This document shows positions 35,501 through 50,500 of a stretch of 64,000 bases of DNA, in pieces. The notes beneath the pieces were generated by a model. That model had not been told where the DNA came from. It saw nothing but the letters and a program-made list of their open reading frames with translations, and made no database searches. Positions within the stretch are counted from its first letter, which is position 1. Every line of letters starts with the position of its first letter. The stretch is from Nemertoderma westbladi (Eukaryota > Animalia > Xenacoelomorpha), in contig JAUCBJ010009076.1 in assembly GCA_032718475.1 (NCBI GenBank), positions 17,754 to 81,753 of the forward strand. Reading direction: 5' to 3'. The position numbers and the translations under genes are program-made.

Positions 35501-38500
35501 TTGTATCTCTGCAGAGTCCCGTCAAAGTAAATTCCGTTGTATCTCTACAGAGTCCCGTCAAAGTAAGTTCCGTTGTATCTCTACAGAGTTCCATCAAAGT
35601 AAGTTCCGTTGTATCTATACAGAGTCCCTTCAAAGTAAGTTCCGTTGTATCTCTACAGAGTCCCGTCAAAATAAATTCCGTTGTATCTCTCTCTACAGAG
35701 TTACATCAAAGTAAGTTCCGTTGTATCTCTACAGAGTTCCATCAAAGTAAGTTCCGTTGTATCTCTACAGAGTCCCGTCAAAGTAAATTCCGATGTATCT
35801 CTACAGAGTTCCATCAAAGTAAGTTCCGTTGTATCTCTACATAGTCCCGTCAAAGTAAATTCCGATGTATCTCTACAGAGTTCCATCAGAGTAAGTTCCG
35901 TTGTATCTCTACAGAGTTCCGTCAAAGTAAATTCCGTTGTATCTCTCTCTACAGAGTTCCATCAAAGTAAGTTCCGTTGTATCTCTACAGAGTTCCATCA
36001 AAGTAAGTTCCGTTGTATCTCTACAGAGTCCCGTCAAAGTAAATTCCGTTGTATCTCTACAGAGTCCCGTCAAAGTAAGTTCCGTTGTATCTCTACAGAG
36101 TTCCATCAAAGTAAGTTCCGTTGTATCTATACAGAGTCCCTTCAAAGTAAGTTCCGTTGTATCTCTACAGAGTCCCGTCAAAATAAATTCCGTTGTATCT
36201 CTCTCTACAGAGTTCCATCAAAGTAAGTTCCGTTGTATCTCTACAGAGTTCCATCAAAGTAAGTTCCGTTGTATCTCTACAGAGTCCCGTCAAAGTAAAT
36301 TCCGATGTATCTCTACAGAGTTCCATCAAAGTAAGTTCCGTTGTATCTCTACATAGTCCCGTCAAAGTAAATTCCGATGTATCTCTACAGAGTTCCATCA
36401 GAGTAAGTTCCGTTGTATCTCTACAGAGTTCCATCAAAGTAAATTCCGTTGTATCTCTACAGAGTTCCATCAAAGTAAGTTCCGTTGTATCTCTACAGAG
36501 TCCCGTGAAAGTAAATTCCGATGTATCTCTACAGAGTTCCATCAAAGTAAGTTCCGTTGTATCTCTACAGAGTCCCGTCAAAGTAAATTCCGATGTATCT
36601 CTACAGAGTTCCATCAAAGTAAGTTCCGTTGTATCTCTACAGAGTTCCATCAAAGTAAATTCCGTTGTATCTCTACAGAGTTCCATCAAAGTAAGTTCCG
36701 TTGTATCTCTACAGAGTCCCGTCAAAGTAAATTCCGATGTATCTCTACAGAGTTCCATCAAAGAAAGTTCCGTTGTATCTCTACAGAGTCCCGTCAAAGT
36801 AAATTCCGATGTATCTCTACAGAGTTCCATCAAAGTAAGTTCCGTTGTATCTCTACAGAGTTCCATCAAAGTAAATTCCGTTGTATCTCTACAGAGTCCC
36901 GTCAAAGTAAATTCCGTTGTATCTCTACAGAGTTCCATCAAAGTAAATTCCGTTGTATCTCTACAGAGTTCCATCAAAGTAAGTTCCGTTGTATCTCTAC
37001 AGAGTTCCATCAAAATAAGTTCCGTTGTATCTATACAGAGTCCCTTCAAAGTAAGTTCCGTTGTATCTCTACAGAGTTCCATCAAAGTAAGTTCCGTTGT
37101 ATCTCTACAGAGTTCCGTCAAAGTAAATTCCGTTGTATCTCTCTCTACAGAGTTCCATCAAAGTAAGTTCCGTTGTATCTCTACAGAGTTCCATCAAAGT
37201 AAGTTCCGTTGTATCTCTACAGAGTTCCGTCAAAGTAAGTTCCGTTGTATCTCTCTCTACAGAGTTCCATCAAAGTAAAGTTCCGTTGTATCTCTACAGA
37301 GTTCCATCAAAGTAAGTTCCGTTGTATCTCTACAAAGTTCCATCAATGTAAGTTCCGTTGTATCTCTACAGAGTTCCATCACAGTAAGTTCCGTTGTATC
37401 TCTACAGAGTTCCATCAAAGTAAGTTCCGTTGTATCTCTACAGAGTTCCATCAAAGTAAGTTCCGTTGTATCTCTCTCTACAGAGTTCCATCAAAGTAAG
37501 TTCCGTTGTATCTCTACAGAGTTCCATCAAAGTAAGTTCCGTTGTATCTCTACAGAGTTCCATCAAAGTAAGTTCCGTTGTATCTCTACAGAGTTCCATC
37601 AAAGTAAGTTCCGTTGTATCTCTCTCTACAGAGTTCCATCAAAGTAAGTTCCATTGTATCTCTACAGAGTTCCATCAAAGTAAGTTCCGTTGTATCTCTA
37701 CAGAGTTCAATCGAAGTAAGTTCTGTTGTATCTCTACAGAGTCCCGTCAAAGTAAGTTCAGTTGTATCTCTACAGAGTTCCGTCAAAGTAAATTCCGTTG
37801 TATCTCTACAGAGTTCCATCAAAGTAAGTTCCGTTGTATCTCTCTCTACAGAGTTCCATCAAAGTAAGTTCCGTTGTATCTCTACAGAGTTCCATCAAAG
37901 TAAGTTCCGTTGTATCTCTACAGAGTTCCATCAAAGTAAGTTCCGTTGTATCTATACAGAGTCCCTTCAAAGTAAGTTCCGTTGTATCTCTACAGAGTTC
38001 CATCAAAGTAAGTTCCGTTGTATCTCTACAGAGTTCCGTCAAAGTAAATTCCGTTGTATCTCTCTCTACAGAGTTCCATCAATGTAAGTTCCGTTTTATC
38101 TCTACAGATTTCCATCAAAGTAAGTTCCGTTGTATCTCTCTCTACAGAGTTCCATCAAAGTAAGTTCCGTTGTATCTCTACAGAGTTCCATCAAAGTAAG
38201 TTCCGTTGTATCTCTACAGAGTTCCATCAAAGTAAGTTCCGTTGTATCTCTACAGAGTTCCATCAAAGTAAGTTCCGTTGTATCTCTACAGAGTTCCATC
38301 AAAGTAAGTTCCGTTGTATCTCTACAGAGTTCCATCGAAGTAAGTTCTGTTGTATCTCTACAGAGTCCCGTCAAAGTAAGTTCCGTTGTATCTCTACAGA
38401 GTTCCGTCAAAGTAAATTCCGTTGTATCTCTACAGAGTTCCATCAAAGTAAGTTCCATTGTATCTCTCTCTACAGAGTTCCATCAAAGTAAGTTCCGTTG

Positions 38501-41500
38501 TATCTCTACAGAGTTCCATCAAAGTAAGTTCCGTTGTATCTCTACAGAGTTCCATCAAAGTAAGTTCCGTTGTATCTCTACAGAGTTCCATCAAAGTAAG
38601 TTCCGTTGTATCTCTACAGAGTTCCATCAAAGTAAGTTCCGTTGTATCTCTACAGAGTTCCATCAAAGTAAGTTCCGTTGTATCTCTACAGAGTCCCGTC
38701 AAAGTAAGTTCCGTTGTATCTCTACAGAGTTCCATCAAAGTAAGTTCCGTTGTATCTCTACCGAGTTCCATCAAAGTAAGTTCCGTTGTATCTCTACAGA
38801 GTTCCATCAAAGTAAGTTCCGTTGTATCTCTACAGAGTCCCGTCAAAGTAAGTTCCGTTGTATTTCTACAGAGTTCCATCAAAGTAAGTTCCGTTGTATC
38901 TCTACAGAGTTCCATCAAAGTAAGTTCCGTTGTATCTCTTTCTACAGAGTTCCATCAAAGTAAGTTCCGTTGTATCTCTACAGAGTTCCTTCAAAGTAAG
39001 TTCCGTTGTATCTCAACAGAGTTCCATCAAAGTAAGTTTCGTTGTATCTCTACAGAGTTCCATCAAAGTAAGTTCCGTTGTACTCTCTCTACAGAGTTCC
39101 ATCAAAGTAAGTTCCGTTGTATCTCTACAGAGTTCCATCAAAGTAAGTTCCGTTGTATCTCTACAGAGTTCCATCAAAGTAAGTTCCGTTGTATCTCTAC
39201 AGAGTTCCATCAAAGTAAGTTCCGTTGTATCTCTACAGAATTCCATCAAAGTAAGTTCCGTTGTATCTCTACAGAGTCCCGTCAAAGTAAATTCCGAAGT
39301 TCCGTTGTATCTCTACAGAGTTCCATCAAAGTAAGTTCCGTTGTATCTCTGCAGAGTCCCGTCAAAGTAAATTCCGTTGTATCTCTACAGAGTCCCGTCA
39401 AAGTAAGTTCCGTTGTATCTCTACAGGGTTCCATCAAAGTAAGTTCCGTTGTATCTATACAGAGTCCCTTCAAAGTAAGTTCCGTTGTATCTCTACAGAG
39501 TCCCGTCAAAATAAATTCCGTTGTATCTCTCTCTACAGAGTTCCATCAAAGTAAGTTCCGTTGTATCTCTACAGAGTTCCATCAAAGTAAGTTCCGTTGT
39601 ATCTATACAGAGTCCCGTCAAAGTAAATTCCGATGTATCTCTACAGAGTTCCATCAAAGTAAGTTCCGTTGTATCTCTACATAGTCCCGTCAAAGTAAAT
39701 TACGATGTATCTCCACAGAGTTCCATCAGAGTAAGTTCCGTTGTATCTCTACAGAGTTCCATCAAAGTAAATTCCGTTGTATCTCTACAGAGTTCCATCA
39801 AAGTAAGTTCCGTTGTATCTCTACAGAGTCCCGTGAAAGTAAATTCCGATGTATCTCTACAGAGTTCCATCAAAGTAAGTTCCGTTGTATCTCTACAGAG
39901 TCCCGTCAAAGTAAATTCCGATGTATCTCTACAGAGTTCCATCAAAGTAAGTTCCGTTGTATCTCTACAGAGTTCCATCAAAGTAAATTCCGTTGTATCT
40001 CTACAGAGTTCCATCAAAGTAAGTTCCGTTGTATCTCTACAGAGTCCCGTCAAAGTAAATTCCGATGTATCTCTACAGAGTTCCATCAAAGAAAGTTCCG
40101 TTGTATCTCTACAGAGTCCCGTCAAAGTAAATTCCGATGTATCTCTACAGAGTTCCATCAAAGTAAGTTCCGTTGTATCTCTACAGAGTTCCATCAAAGT
40201 AAATTCCGTTGTATCTCTACAGAGTCCCGTCAAAGTAAATTCCGTTGTATCTCTACAGAGTTCCATCAAAGTAAATTCCGTTGTATCTCTACAGAGTCCC
40301 GTCAAAGTAAATTCCGTTGTATCTCTACAGAGTCCCGTCAAAGTAAGTTCCGTTGTATCTCTACAGAGTCCCGTCAAAGTAAGTTCCGTTGTATCTCTAC
40401 AGAGTTCCATCAAAGTAAGTTCCGTTGTATCTATACAGAGTCCCTTCAAAGTAAGTTCCGTTGTATCTCTACAGAGTTCCATCAAAGTAAGTTCCGTTGT
40501 ATCTCTACAGAGTTCCGTCAAAGTAAATTCCGTTGTATCTCTCTCTACAGAGTTCCATCAAAGTAAGTTCCGTTGTATCTCTACAGAGTTCCATCAAAGT
40601 AAGTTCCGTTGTATCTCTACAGAGTTCCGTCAAAGTAAGTTCCGTTGTATCTCTCTCTACAGAGTTCCATCAAAGTAAAGTTCCGTTGTATCTCTACAGA
40701 GTTCCATCAAAGTAAGTTCCGTTGTATCTCTACAAAGTTCCATCAATGTAAGTTCCGTTGTATCTCTACAGAGTTCCATCACAGTAAGTTCCGTTGTATC
40801 TCTACAGAGTTCCATCAAAGTAAGTTCCGTTGTATCTCTACAGAGTTCCATCAAAGTAAGTTCCGTTGTATCTCTCTCTACAGAGTTCCATCAAAGTAAG
40901 TTCCGTTGTATCTCTACAGAGTTCCATCAAAGTAAGTTCCGTTGTATCTCTACAGAGTTCCATCAAAGTAAGTTCCGTTGTATCTCTACAGAGTTCCATC
41001 AAAGTAAGTTCCGTTGTATCTCTCTCTACAGAGTTCCATCAAAGTAAGTTCCATTGTATCTCTACAGAGTTCCATCAAAGTAAGTTCCGTTGTATCTCTA
41101 CAGAGTTCCATCGAAGTAAGTTCTGTTGTATCTCTACAGAGTCCCGTCAAAGTAAGTTCAGTTGTATCTCTACAGAGTTCCGTCAAAGTAAATTCCGTTG
41201 TATCTCTACAGAGTTCCATCAAAGTAAGTTCCGTTGTATCTCTCTCTACAGAGTTCCATCAAAGTAAGTTCCGTTGTATCTCTACAGAGTTCCATCAAAG
41301 TAAGTTCCGTTGTATCTCTACAGAGTTCCATCAAAGTAAGTTCCGTTGTATCTATACAGAGTCCCTTCAAAGTAAGTTCCGTTGTATCTCTACAGAGTTC
41401 CATCAAAGTAAGTTCCGTTGTATCTCTACAGAGTTCCGTCAAAGTAAATTCCGTTGTATCTCTCTCTACAGAGTTCCATCAATGTAAGTTCCGTTTTATC

Positions 41501-44500
41501 TCTACAGATTTCCATCAAAGTAAGTTCCGTTGTATCTCTCTCTACAGAGTTCCATCAAAGTAAGTTCCGTTGTATCTCTACAGAGTTCCATCAAAGTAAG
41601 TTCCGTTGTATCTCTACAGAGTTCCATCAAAGTAAGTTCCGTTGTATCTCTACAGAGTTCCATCAAAGTAAGTTCCGTTGTATCTCTACAGAGTTCCATC
41701 AAAGTAAGTTCCGTTGTATCTCTACAGAGTTCCATCGAAGTAAGTTCTGTTGTATCTCTACAGAGTCCCGTCAAAGTAAGTTCCGTTGTATCTCTACAGA
41801 GTTCCGTCAAAGTAAATTCCGTTGTATCTCTACAGAGTTCCATCAAAGTAAGTTCCATTGTATCTCTCTCTACAGAGTTCCATCAAAGTAAGTTCCGTTG
41901 TATCTCTACAGAGTTCCATCAAAGTAAGTTCCGTTGTATCTCTACAGAGTTCCATCAAAGTAAGTTCCGTTGTATCTCTACAGAGTTCCATCAAAGTAAG
42001 TTCCGTTGTATCTCTACAGAGTTCCATCAAAGTAAGTTCCGTTGTATCTCTACAGAGTTCCATCAAAGTAAGTTCCGTTGTATCTCTACAGAGTCCCGTC
42101 AAAGTAAGTTCCGTTGTATCTCTACAGAGTTCCATCAAAGTAAGTTCCGTTGTATCTCTACCGAGTTCCATCAAAGTAAGTTCCGTTGTATCTCTACAGA
42201 GTTCCATCAAAGTAAGTTCCGTTGTATCTCTACAGAGTCCCGTCAAAGTAAGTTCCGTTGTATTTCTACAGAGTTCCATCAAAGTAAGTTCCGTTGTATC
42301 TCTACAGAGTTCCATCAAAGTAAGTTCCGTTGTATCTCTTTCTACAGAGTTCCATCAAAGTAAGTTCCGTTGTATCTCTACAGAGTTCCTTCAAAGTAAG
42401 TTCCGTTGTATCTCAACAGAGTTCCATCAAAGTAAGTTTCGTTGTATCTCTACAGAGTTCCATCAAAGTAAGTTCCGTTGTACTCTCTCTACAGAGTTCC
42501 ATCAAAGTAAGTTCCGTTGTATCTCTACAGAGTTCCATCAAAGTAAGTTCCGTTGTATCTCTACAGAGTTCCATCAAAGTAAGTTCCGTTGTATCTCTAC
42601 AGAGTTCCATCAAAGTAAGTTCCGTTGTATCTCTACAGAATTCCATCAAAGTAAGTTCCGTTGTATCTCTACAGAGTCCCGTCAAAGTAAATTCCGAAGT
42701 TCCGTTGTATCTCTACAGAGTTCCATCAAAGTAAGTTCCGTTGTATCTCTGCAGAGTCCCGTCAAAGTAAATTCCGTTGTATCTCTACAGAGTCCCGTCA
42801 AAGTAAGTTCCGTTGTATCTCTACAGAGTTCCATCAAAGTAAGTTCCGTTGTATCTATACAGAGTCCCTTCAAAGTAAGTTCCGTTGTATCTCTACAGAG
42901 TCCCGTCAAAATAAATTCCGTTGCATCTCTCTCTACAGAGTTCCATCAAAGTAAGTTCCGTTGTATCTCTACAGAGTTCCATCAAAGTAAGTTCCGTTGT
43001 ATCTCTACAGAGTCCCGTCAAAGTAAATTCCGATGTATCTCTACAGAGTTCCATCAAAGTAAGTTCCGTTGTATCTCTACATAGTCCCGTCAAAGTAAAT
43101 TCCGATGTATCTCTACAGAGTTCCATCAGAGTAAGTTCCGTTGTATCTCTACAGAGTTCCATCAAAGTAAATTCCGTTGTATCTCTACAGAGTTCCATCA
43201 AAGTAAGTTCCGTTGTATCTCTACAGAGTCCCGTGAAAGTAAATTCCGATGTATCTCTACAGAGTTCCATCAAAGTAAGTTCCGTTGTATCTCTACAGAG
43301 TCCCGTCAAAGTAAATTCCGATGTATCTCTACAGAGTTCCATCAAAGTAAGTTCCGTTGTATCTCTACAGAGTTCCATCAAAGTAAATTCCGTTGTATCT
43401 CTACAGAGTTCCATCAAAGTAAGTTCCGTTGTATCTCTACAGAGTCCCGTCAAAGTAAATTCCGATGTATCTCTACAGAGTTCCATCAAAGAAAGTTCCG
43501 TTGTATCTCTACAGAGTCCCGTCAAAGTAAATTCCGATGTATCTCTACAGAGTTCCATCAAAGTAAGTTCCGTTGTATCTCTACAGAGTTCCATCAAAGT
43601 AAATTCCGTTGTATCTCTACAGAGTCCCGTCAAAGTAAATTCCGTTGTATCTCTACAGAGTTCCATCAAAGTAAATTCCGTTGTATCTCTACAGAGTCCC
43701 GTCAAAGTAAATTCCGTTGTATCTCTACAGAGTCCCGTCAAAGTAAGTTCCGTTGTATCTCTACAGAGTCCCGTCAAAGTAAGTTCCGTTGTATCTCTAC
43801 AGAGTTCCATCAAAGTAAGTTCCGTTGTATCTATACAGAGTCCCTTCAAAGTAAGTTCCGTTGTATCTCTACAGAGTTCCATCAAAGTAAGTTCCGTTGT
43901 ATCTCTACAGAGTTCCGTCAAAGTAAATTCCGTTGTATCTCTCTCTACAGAGTTCCATCAAAGTAAGTTCCGTTGTATCTCTACAGAGTTCCATCAAAGT
44001 AAGTTCCGTTGTATCTCTACAGAGTTCCGTCAAAGTAAGTTCCGTTGTATCTCTCTCTACAGAGTTCCATCAAAGTAAAGTCCCGTTGTATCTCTACAGA
44101 GTTCCATCAAAGTAAGTTCCGTTGTATCTCTACAAAGTTCCATCAATGTAAGTTCCGTTGTATCTCTACAGAGTTCCATCACAGTAAGTTCCGTTGTATC
44201 TCTACAGAGTTCCATCAAAGTAAGTTCCGTTGTATCTCTACAGAGTTCCATCAAAGTAAGTTCCGTTGTATCTCTCTCTACAGAGTTCCATCAAAGTAAG
44301 TTCCGTTGTATCTCTACAGAGTTCCATCAAAGTAAGTTCCGTTGTATCTCTACAGAGTTCCATCAAAGTAAGTTCCGTTGTATCTCTACAGAGTTCCATC
44401 AAAGTAAGTTCCGTTGTATCTCTCTCTACAGAGTTCCATCAAAGTAAGTTCCATTGTATCTCTACAGAGTTCCATCAAAGTAAGTTCCGTTGTATCTCTA

Positions 44501-47500
44501 CAGAGTCCCTTCAAAGTAAGTTCCGTTGTATCTCTACAGAGTTCCATCAAAGTAAGTTCCGTTGTATCTCTACAGAGTTCCGTCAAAGTAAATTCCGTTG
44601 TATCTCTACAGAGTTCCGTCAAAGTAAATTCCGTTGTATCTCTACAGAGTTCCATCAAAGTAAGTTCCGTTGTATCTCTCTCTACAGAGTTCCATCAAAG
44701 TAAGTTCCGTTGTATCTCTACAGAGTTCCATCAAAGTAAGTTCCGTTGTATCTCTACAGAGTTCCATCAAAGTAAGTTCCGTTGTATCTATACAGAGTCC
44801 CTTCAAAGTAAGTTCCGTTGTATCTCTACAGAGTTCCATCAAAGTAAGTTCCGTTGTATCTCTACAGAGTTCCGTCAAAGTAAATTCCGTTGTATCTCTC
44901 TCTACAGAGTTCCATCAAAGTAAGTTCCGTTGTATCTCTACAGAGTTCCATCAAAGTAAGTTCCGTTGTATCTCTACAGAGTTCCGTCAAAGTAAGTTCC
45001 GTTGTATCTCTCTCTACAGAGTTCCATCAAAGTAAAGTCCCGTTGTATCTCTACAGAGTTCCATCAAAGTAAGTTCCGTTGTATCTCTACAGAGTTCCAT
45101 CAAAGTAAGTTCCGTTGTATCTCTACAGAGTTCCATCAAAGTAAGTTCCGTTGTATCTATACAGAGTCCCTTCAAAGTAAGTTCCGTTGTATCTCTACAG
45201 AGTTCCATCAAAGTAAGTTCCGTTGTATCTCTACAGAGTTCCGTCAAAGTAAATTCCGTTGTATCTCTCTCTACAGAGTTCCATCAAAGTAAGTTCCGTT
45301 GTATCTCTACAGAGTTCCATCAAAGTAAGTTCCGTTGTATCTCTACAGAGTTCCGTCAAAGTAAGTTCCGTTGTATCTCTCTCTACAGAGTTCCATCAAA
45401 GTAAAGTCCCGTTGTATCTCTACAGAGTTCCATCAAAGTAAGTTCCGTTGTATCTCTACAAAGTTCCATCAATGTAAGTTCCGTTGTATCTCTACAGAGT
45501 TCCATCACAGTAAGTTCCGTTGTATCTCTACAGAGTTCCATCAAAGTAAGTTCCGTTGTATCTCTACAGAGTTCCATCAAAGTAAGTTCCGTTGTATCTC
45601 TCTCTACAGNNNNNNNNNNNNNNNNNNNNNNNNNNNNNNNNNNNNNNNNNNNNNNNNNNNNNNNNNNNNNNNNNNNNNNNNNNNNNNNNNNNNNNNNNNN
45701 NNNNNNNNNCTTCAAAGTAAGTTCCGTTGTATCTCTACAGAGTTCCATCAAAGTAAGTTCCGTTGTATCTCTACAGAGTTCCGTCAAAGTAAATTCCGTT
45801 GTATCTCTCTCTACAGAGTTCCATCAAAGTAAGTTCCGCTGTATCTCTACAGAGTTCCATCAAAGTAAGTTCCGTTGTATCTCTACAGAGTTCCGTCAAA
45901 GTAAGTTCCGTTGTATCTCTCTCTACAGAGTTCCATCAAAGTAAAGTTCCGTTGTATCTCTACAGAGTTCCATCAAAGTAAGTTCCGTTGTATCTCTACA
46001 AAGTTCCATCAATGTAAGTTCCGTTGTATCTCTACAGAGTTCCATCACAGTAAGTTCCGTTGTATCTCTACAGAGTTCCATCAAAGTAAGTTCCGTTGTA
46101 TCTCTACAGAGTTCCATCAAAGTAAGTTCCGTTGTATCTCTCTCTACAGAGTTCCATCAAAGTAAGTTCCGTTGTATCTCTACAGAGTTCCATCAAAGTA
46201 AGTTCCGTTGTATCTATACAGAGTCCCTTCAAAGTAAGTTCCGTTGTATCTCTACAGAGTCCCGTCAAAATAAATTCCGTTGTATCTCTCTCTACAGAGT
46301 TCCATCAAAGTAAGTTCCGTTGTATCTCTACAGAGTTCCATCAAAGTAAGTTCCGTTGTATCTCTCTACAGAGTTCCATCAAAGTAAGTTCCGTTGTATC
46401 TCTACAGAGTTCCATCAAAGTAAGTTCCGTTGTATCTCTCTCTACAGAGTTCCATCAAAGTAAGTTCCGTTGTATCTCTACAGAGTTCCATCAAAGTAAG
46501 TTCCGTTGTATCTATACAGAGTCCCTTCAAAGTAAGTTCCGTTGTATCTCTACAGAGTCCCGTCAAAATAAATTCCGTTGTATCTCTCTCTACAGAGTTC
46601 CATCAAAGTAAGTTCCGTTGTATCTCTACAGAGTCCCGTCAAAGTAAATTCCGATGTATCTCTACAGAGTTCCATCAAAGTAAGTTCCGTTGTATCTCTA
46701 CAGAGTCCCGTCAAAGTAAATTCCGATGTATCTCTACAGAGTTCCATCAAAGTAAGTTCCGTTGTATCTCTACAGAGTTCCATCAAAGTAAATTCCGTTG
46801 TATCTCTACAGAGTTCCATCAAAGTAAGTTCCGTTGTATCTCTACAGAGTCCCGTCAAAGTAAATTCCGATGTATCTCTACAGAGTTCCATCAAAGAAAG
46901 TTCCGTTGTATCGCTACAGAGTCCCGTCAAAGTAAATTCCGATGTATCTCTACAGAGTTCCATCAAAGTAAGTTCCGTTGTATTTCTACAGAGTTCCATC
47001 AAAGTAAATTCCGTTGTATCTCTACAGAGTCCCGTCAAAGTAAATTCCGTTGTATCTCTCTCTACAGAGTTCCATCAAAGTAAGTTCCGTTGTATCTCTA
47101 CAGAGTTCCATCAAAGTAAGTTCCGTTGTATCTCTACAGAGTTCCGTCAAAGTAAGTTCCGTTGTATCTCTCTCTACAGAGTTCCATCAAAGTAAAGTTC
47201 CGTTGTATCTCTACAGAGTTCCATCAAAGTAAGTTCCGTTGTATCTCTACAAAGTTCCATCAATGTAAGTTCCGTTGTATCTCTACAGAGTTCCATCACA
47301 GTAAGTTCCGTTGTATCTCTACAGAGTTCCATCAAAGTAAGTTCCGTTGTATCTCTACAGAGTTCCATCAAAGTAAGTTCCGTTGTATCTCTCTCTACAG
47401 AGTTCCATCACAGTAAGTTCCGTTGTATCTCTACAGAGTTCCATCAAAGTAAGTTCCGTTGTATCTCTACAGAGTTCCATCAAAGTAAGTTCCGTTATAT

Positions 47501-50500
47501 CTCTACAGAGTTCCATCAAAGTAAGTTCCGTTGTATCTCTCTCTACAGAGTTCCATCAAAGTAAGTTCCATTGTATCTCTACAGAGTTCCATCAAAGAAA
47601 GTTCCGTTGTATCTCTACAGAGTCCCGTCAAAGTAAATTCCGATGTATCTCTACAGAGTTCCATGAAAGTAAGTTCCGTTGTATCTCTACAGAGTTTAAT
47701 CAAAGTAAATTCCGTTGTATCTCTACAGAGTCCCGTCAAAGTAAATTCCGTTGTATCTCTACAGAGTCCCGTCAAAGTAAGTTCCGTTGTATCGCTACAG
47801 AGTTCCATCAAAGTAAGTTCCGTTGTATCTCTACAGTGTTCCATCAAAGTAAGTTCCGTTGTATCTCTACAGAGTCCCGTCAAAGTAAATTCCGATGTAT
47901 CTCTACAGAGTTCCATCAAAGTAAGTTCCGTTGTATCTCTACAGAGTTCCATCAAAGTAAGTTCCGTTGTATCTCTACAGAGTTCCATCGAAGTAAGTTC
48001 TGTTATATCTCTACAGAGTTCCATCAAAGTATGTTCCGTTGTATCTCTACAGAGTTCCATCAAAGTAAGTTCCGTTGTATATCTACAGAGTTCCATCAAA
48101 GTAAGTTCCGTTGTATCTCTACAGAGTTCCATCAAAGTAAGTTCCGTTGTATCTCTACAGAGTTCCATCGAAGTAAGTTCTGTTGTATCTCTACAGAGTT
48201 CCATCAAAGTATGTTCCGTTGTATCTCTACAGAGTTCCATCAAAGTAAGTTCCGTTGTATCTCTACAGAGTTCCATCGAAGTAAGTTCCGTTGTATCTCT
48301 ACAGAGTTCCATCAAAGTAAGTTCCGTTGTATCTCTCTCTACAGAGTTCCATCAAAGTAAGTTCCGTTGTATCTCTACAGAGTTCCATCAAAGTAAGTTC
48401 CGTTGTATCTCTACAGAGTTCCATCAAAGTAAGTTCCGTTGTATCTCTACAGAGTTCCATCAAAGTAAGTTCCGTTGTATCTCTCTCTACAGAGTTCCAT
48501 CAAAGTAAGTTCCATTGTATCTCTACAGAGTTCCATCAAAGTAAGTTCCGTTGTATCTCTACAGAGTTCCATCGAAGTAAGTTCTGTTGTATCTCTACAG
48601 AGTCCCGTCAAAGTAAGTTCCGTTGTATCTCTACAGAGTTCCGTCAAAGTAAATTCCGTTGTATCTCTACAGAGTTCCATCAAAGTAAGTTCCGTTGTAT
48701 CTCTCTCTACAGAGTTCCATCAAAGTAAGTTCCGTTGTATCTCTACAGAGTTCCATCAAAGTAAGTTCCGTTGTATCTCTACAGAGTTCCATCGAAGTAA
48801 GTTCCGTTGTATCTCTACAGAGTTCCATCAAAGTAAGTTCCGTTGTATCTCTACAGAGTTCCATCAAAGTAAGTTCCGTTGTATCTATACAGAGTCCCTT
48901 CAAAGTAAGTTCCGTTGTATCTCTACAGAGTTCCATCAAAGTAAGTTCCGTTGTATCTCTACAGAGTTCCGTCAAAGTAAATTCCGTTGTATCTCTCTCT
49001 ACAGAGTTCCATCAAAGTAAGTTCCGCTGTATCTCTACAGAGTTCCATCAAAGTAAGTTCCGTTGTATCTCTACAGAGTTCCGTCAAAGTAAGTTCCGTT
49101 GTATCTCTCTCTACAGAGTTCCATCAAAGTAAAGTTCCGTTGTATCTCTACAGAGTTCCATCAAAGTAAGTTCCGTTGTATCTCTACAAAGTTCCATCAA
49201 TGTAAGTTCCGTTGTATCTCTACAGAGTTCCATCACAGTAAGTTCCGTTGTATCTCTACAGAGTTCCATCAAAGTAAGTTCCGTTGTATCTCTACAGAGT
49301 TCCATCAAAGTAAGTTCCGTTGTATCTCTCTCTACAAAGTTCCATCAAAGTAAGTTCCGTTGTATCTCTACAGAGTTCCATCAAAGTAAGTTCCGTTGTA
49401 TCTATACAGAGTCCCTTCAAAGTAAGTTCCGTTGTATCTCTACAGAGTCCCGTCAAAATAAATTCCGTTGTATCTCTCTCTACAGAGTTCCATCAAAGTA
49501 AGTTCCGTTGTATCTCTACAGAGTTCCATCAAAGTAAGTTCCGTTGTATCTCTCTACAGAGTCCCGTCAAAGAAAATTCCGATGTATCTCTACAGAGTTC
49601 CATCAAAGTAAGTTCCGTTGTATCTCTACAGAGTTCCATCAAAGTAAATTCCGTTGTATCTCTACAGAGTTCCATCAAAGTAAGTTCCGTTGTATCTCTA
49701 CAGAGTTCCGTCAAAGTAAATTCCGTTGTATCTCTACAGAGTTCCATCAAAGTAAGTTCCGTTGTATCTCTACAGAGTTCCATCGAAGTAAGTTCTGTTG
49801 TATCTCTCTCTACAGAGTTCCATCAAAGTAAGTTCCGTTGTATCTCTACAGAGTCCCGTCAAAGTAAATTCCGATGTATCTCTACAGAGTTCCATCAAAG
49901 TAAGTTCCGTTGTATCTCTACAGAGTCCCGTCAAAGTAAATTCCGATGTATCTCTACAGAGTTCCATCAAAGTAAGTTCCGTTGTATCTCTACAGAGTTC
50001 CATCAAAGTAAATTCCGTTGTATCTCTACAGAGTTCCATCAAAGTAAGTTCCGTTGTATCTCTACAGAGTCCCGTCAAAGTAAATTCCGATGTATCTCTA
50101 CAGAGTTCCATCAAAGAAAGTTCCGTTGTATCGCTACAGAGTCCCGTCAAAGTAAATTCCGATGTATCTCTACAGAGTTCCATCAAAGTAAGTTCCGTTG
50201 TATTTCTACAGAGTTCCATCAAAGTAAATTCCGTTGTATCTCTACAGAGTCCCGTCAAAGTAAATTCCGTTGTATCTCTCTCTACAGAGTTCCATCAAAG
50301 TAAGTTCCGTTGTATCTCTACAGAGTTCCATCAAAGTAAGTTCCGTTGTATCTCTACAGAGTTCCGTCAAAGTAAGTTCCGTTGTATCTCTCTCTACAGA
50401 GTTCCATCAAAGTAAAGTTCCGTTGTATCTCTACAGAGTTCCATCAAAGTAAGTTCCGTTGTATCTCTACAAAGTTCCATCAATGTAAGTTCCGTTGTAT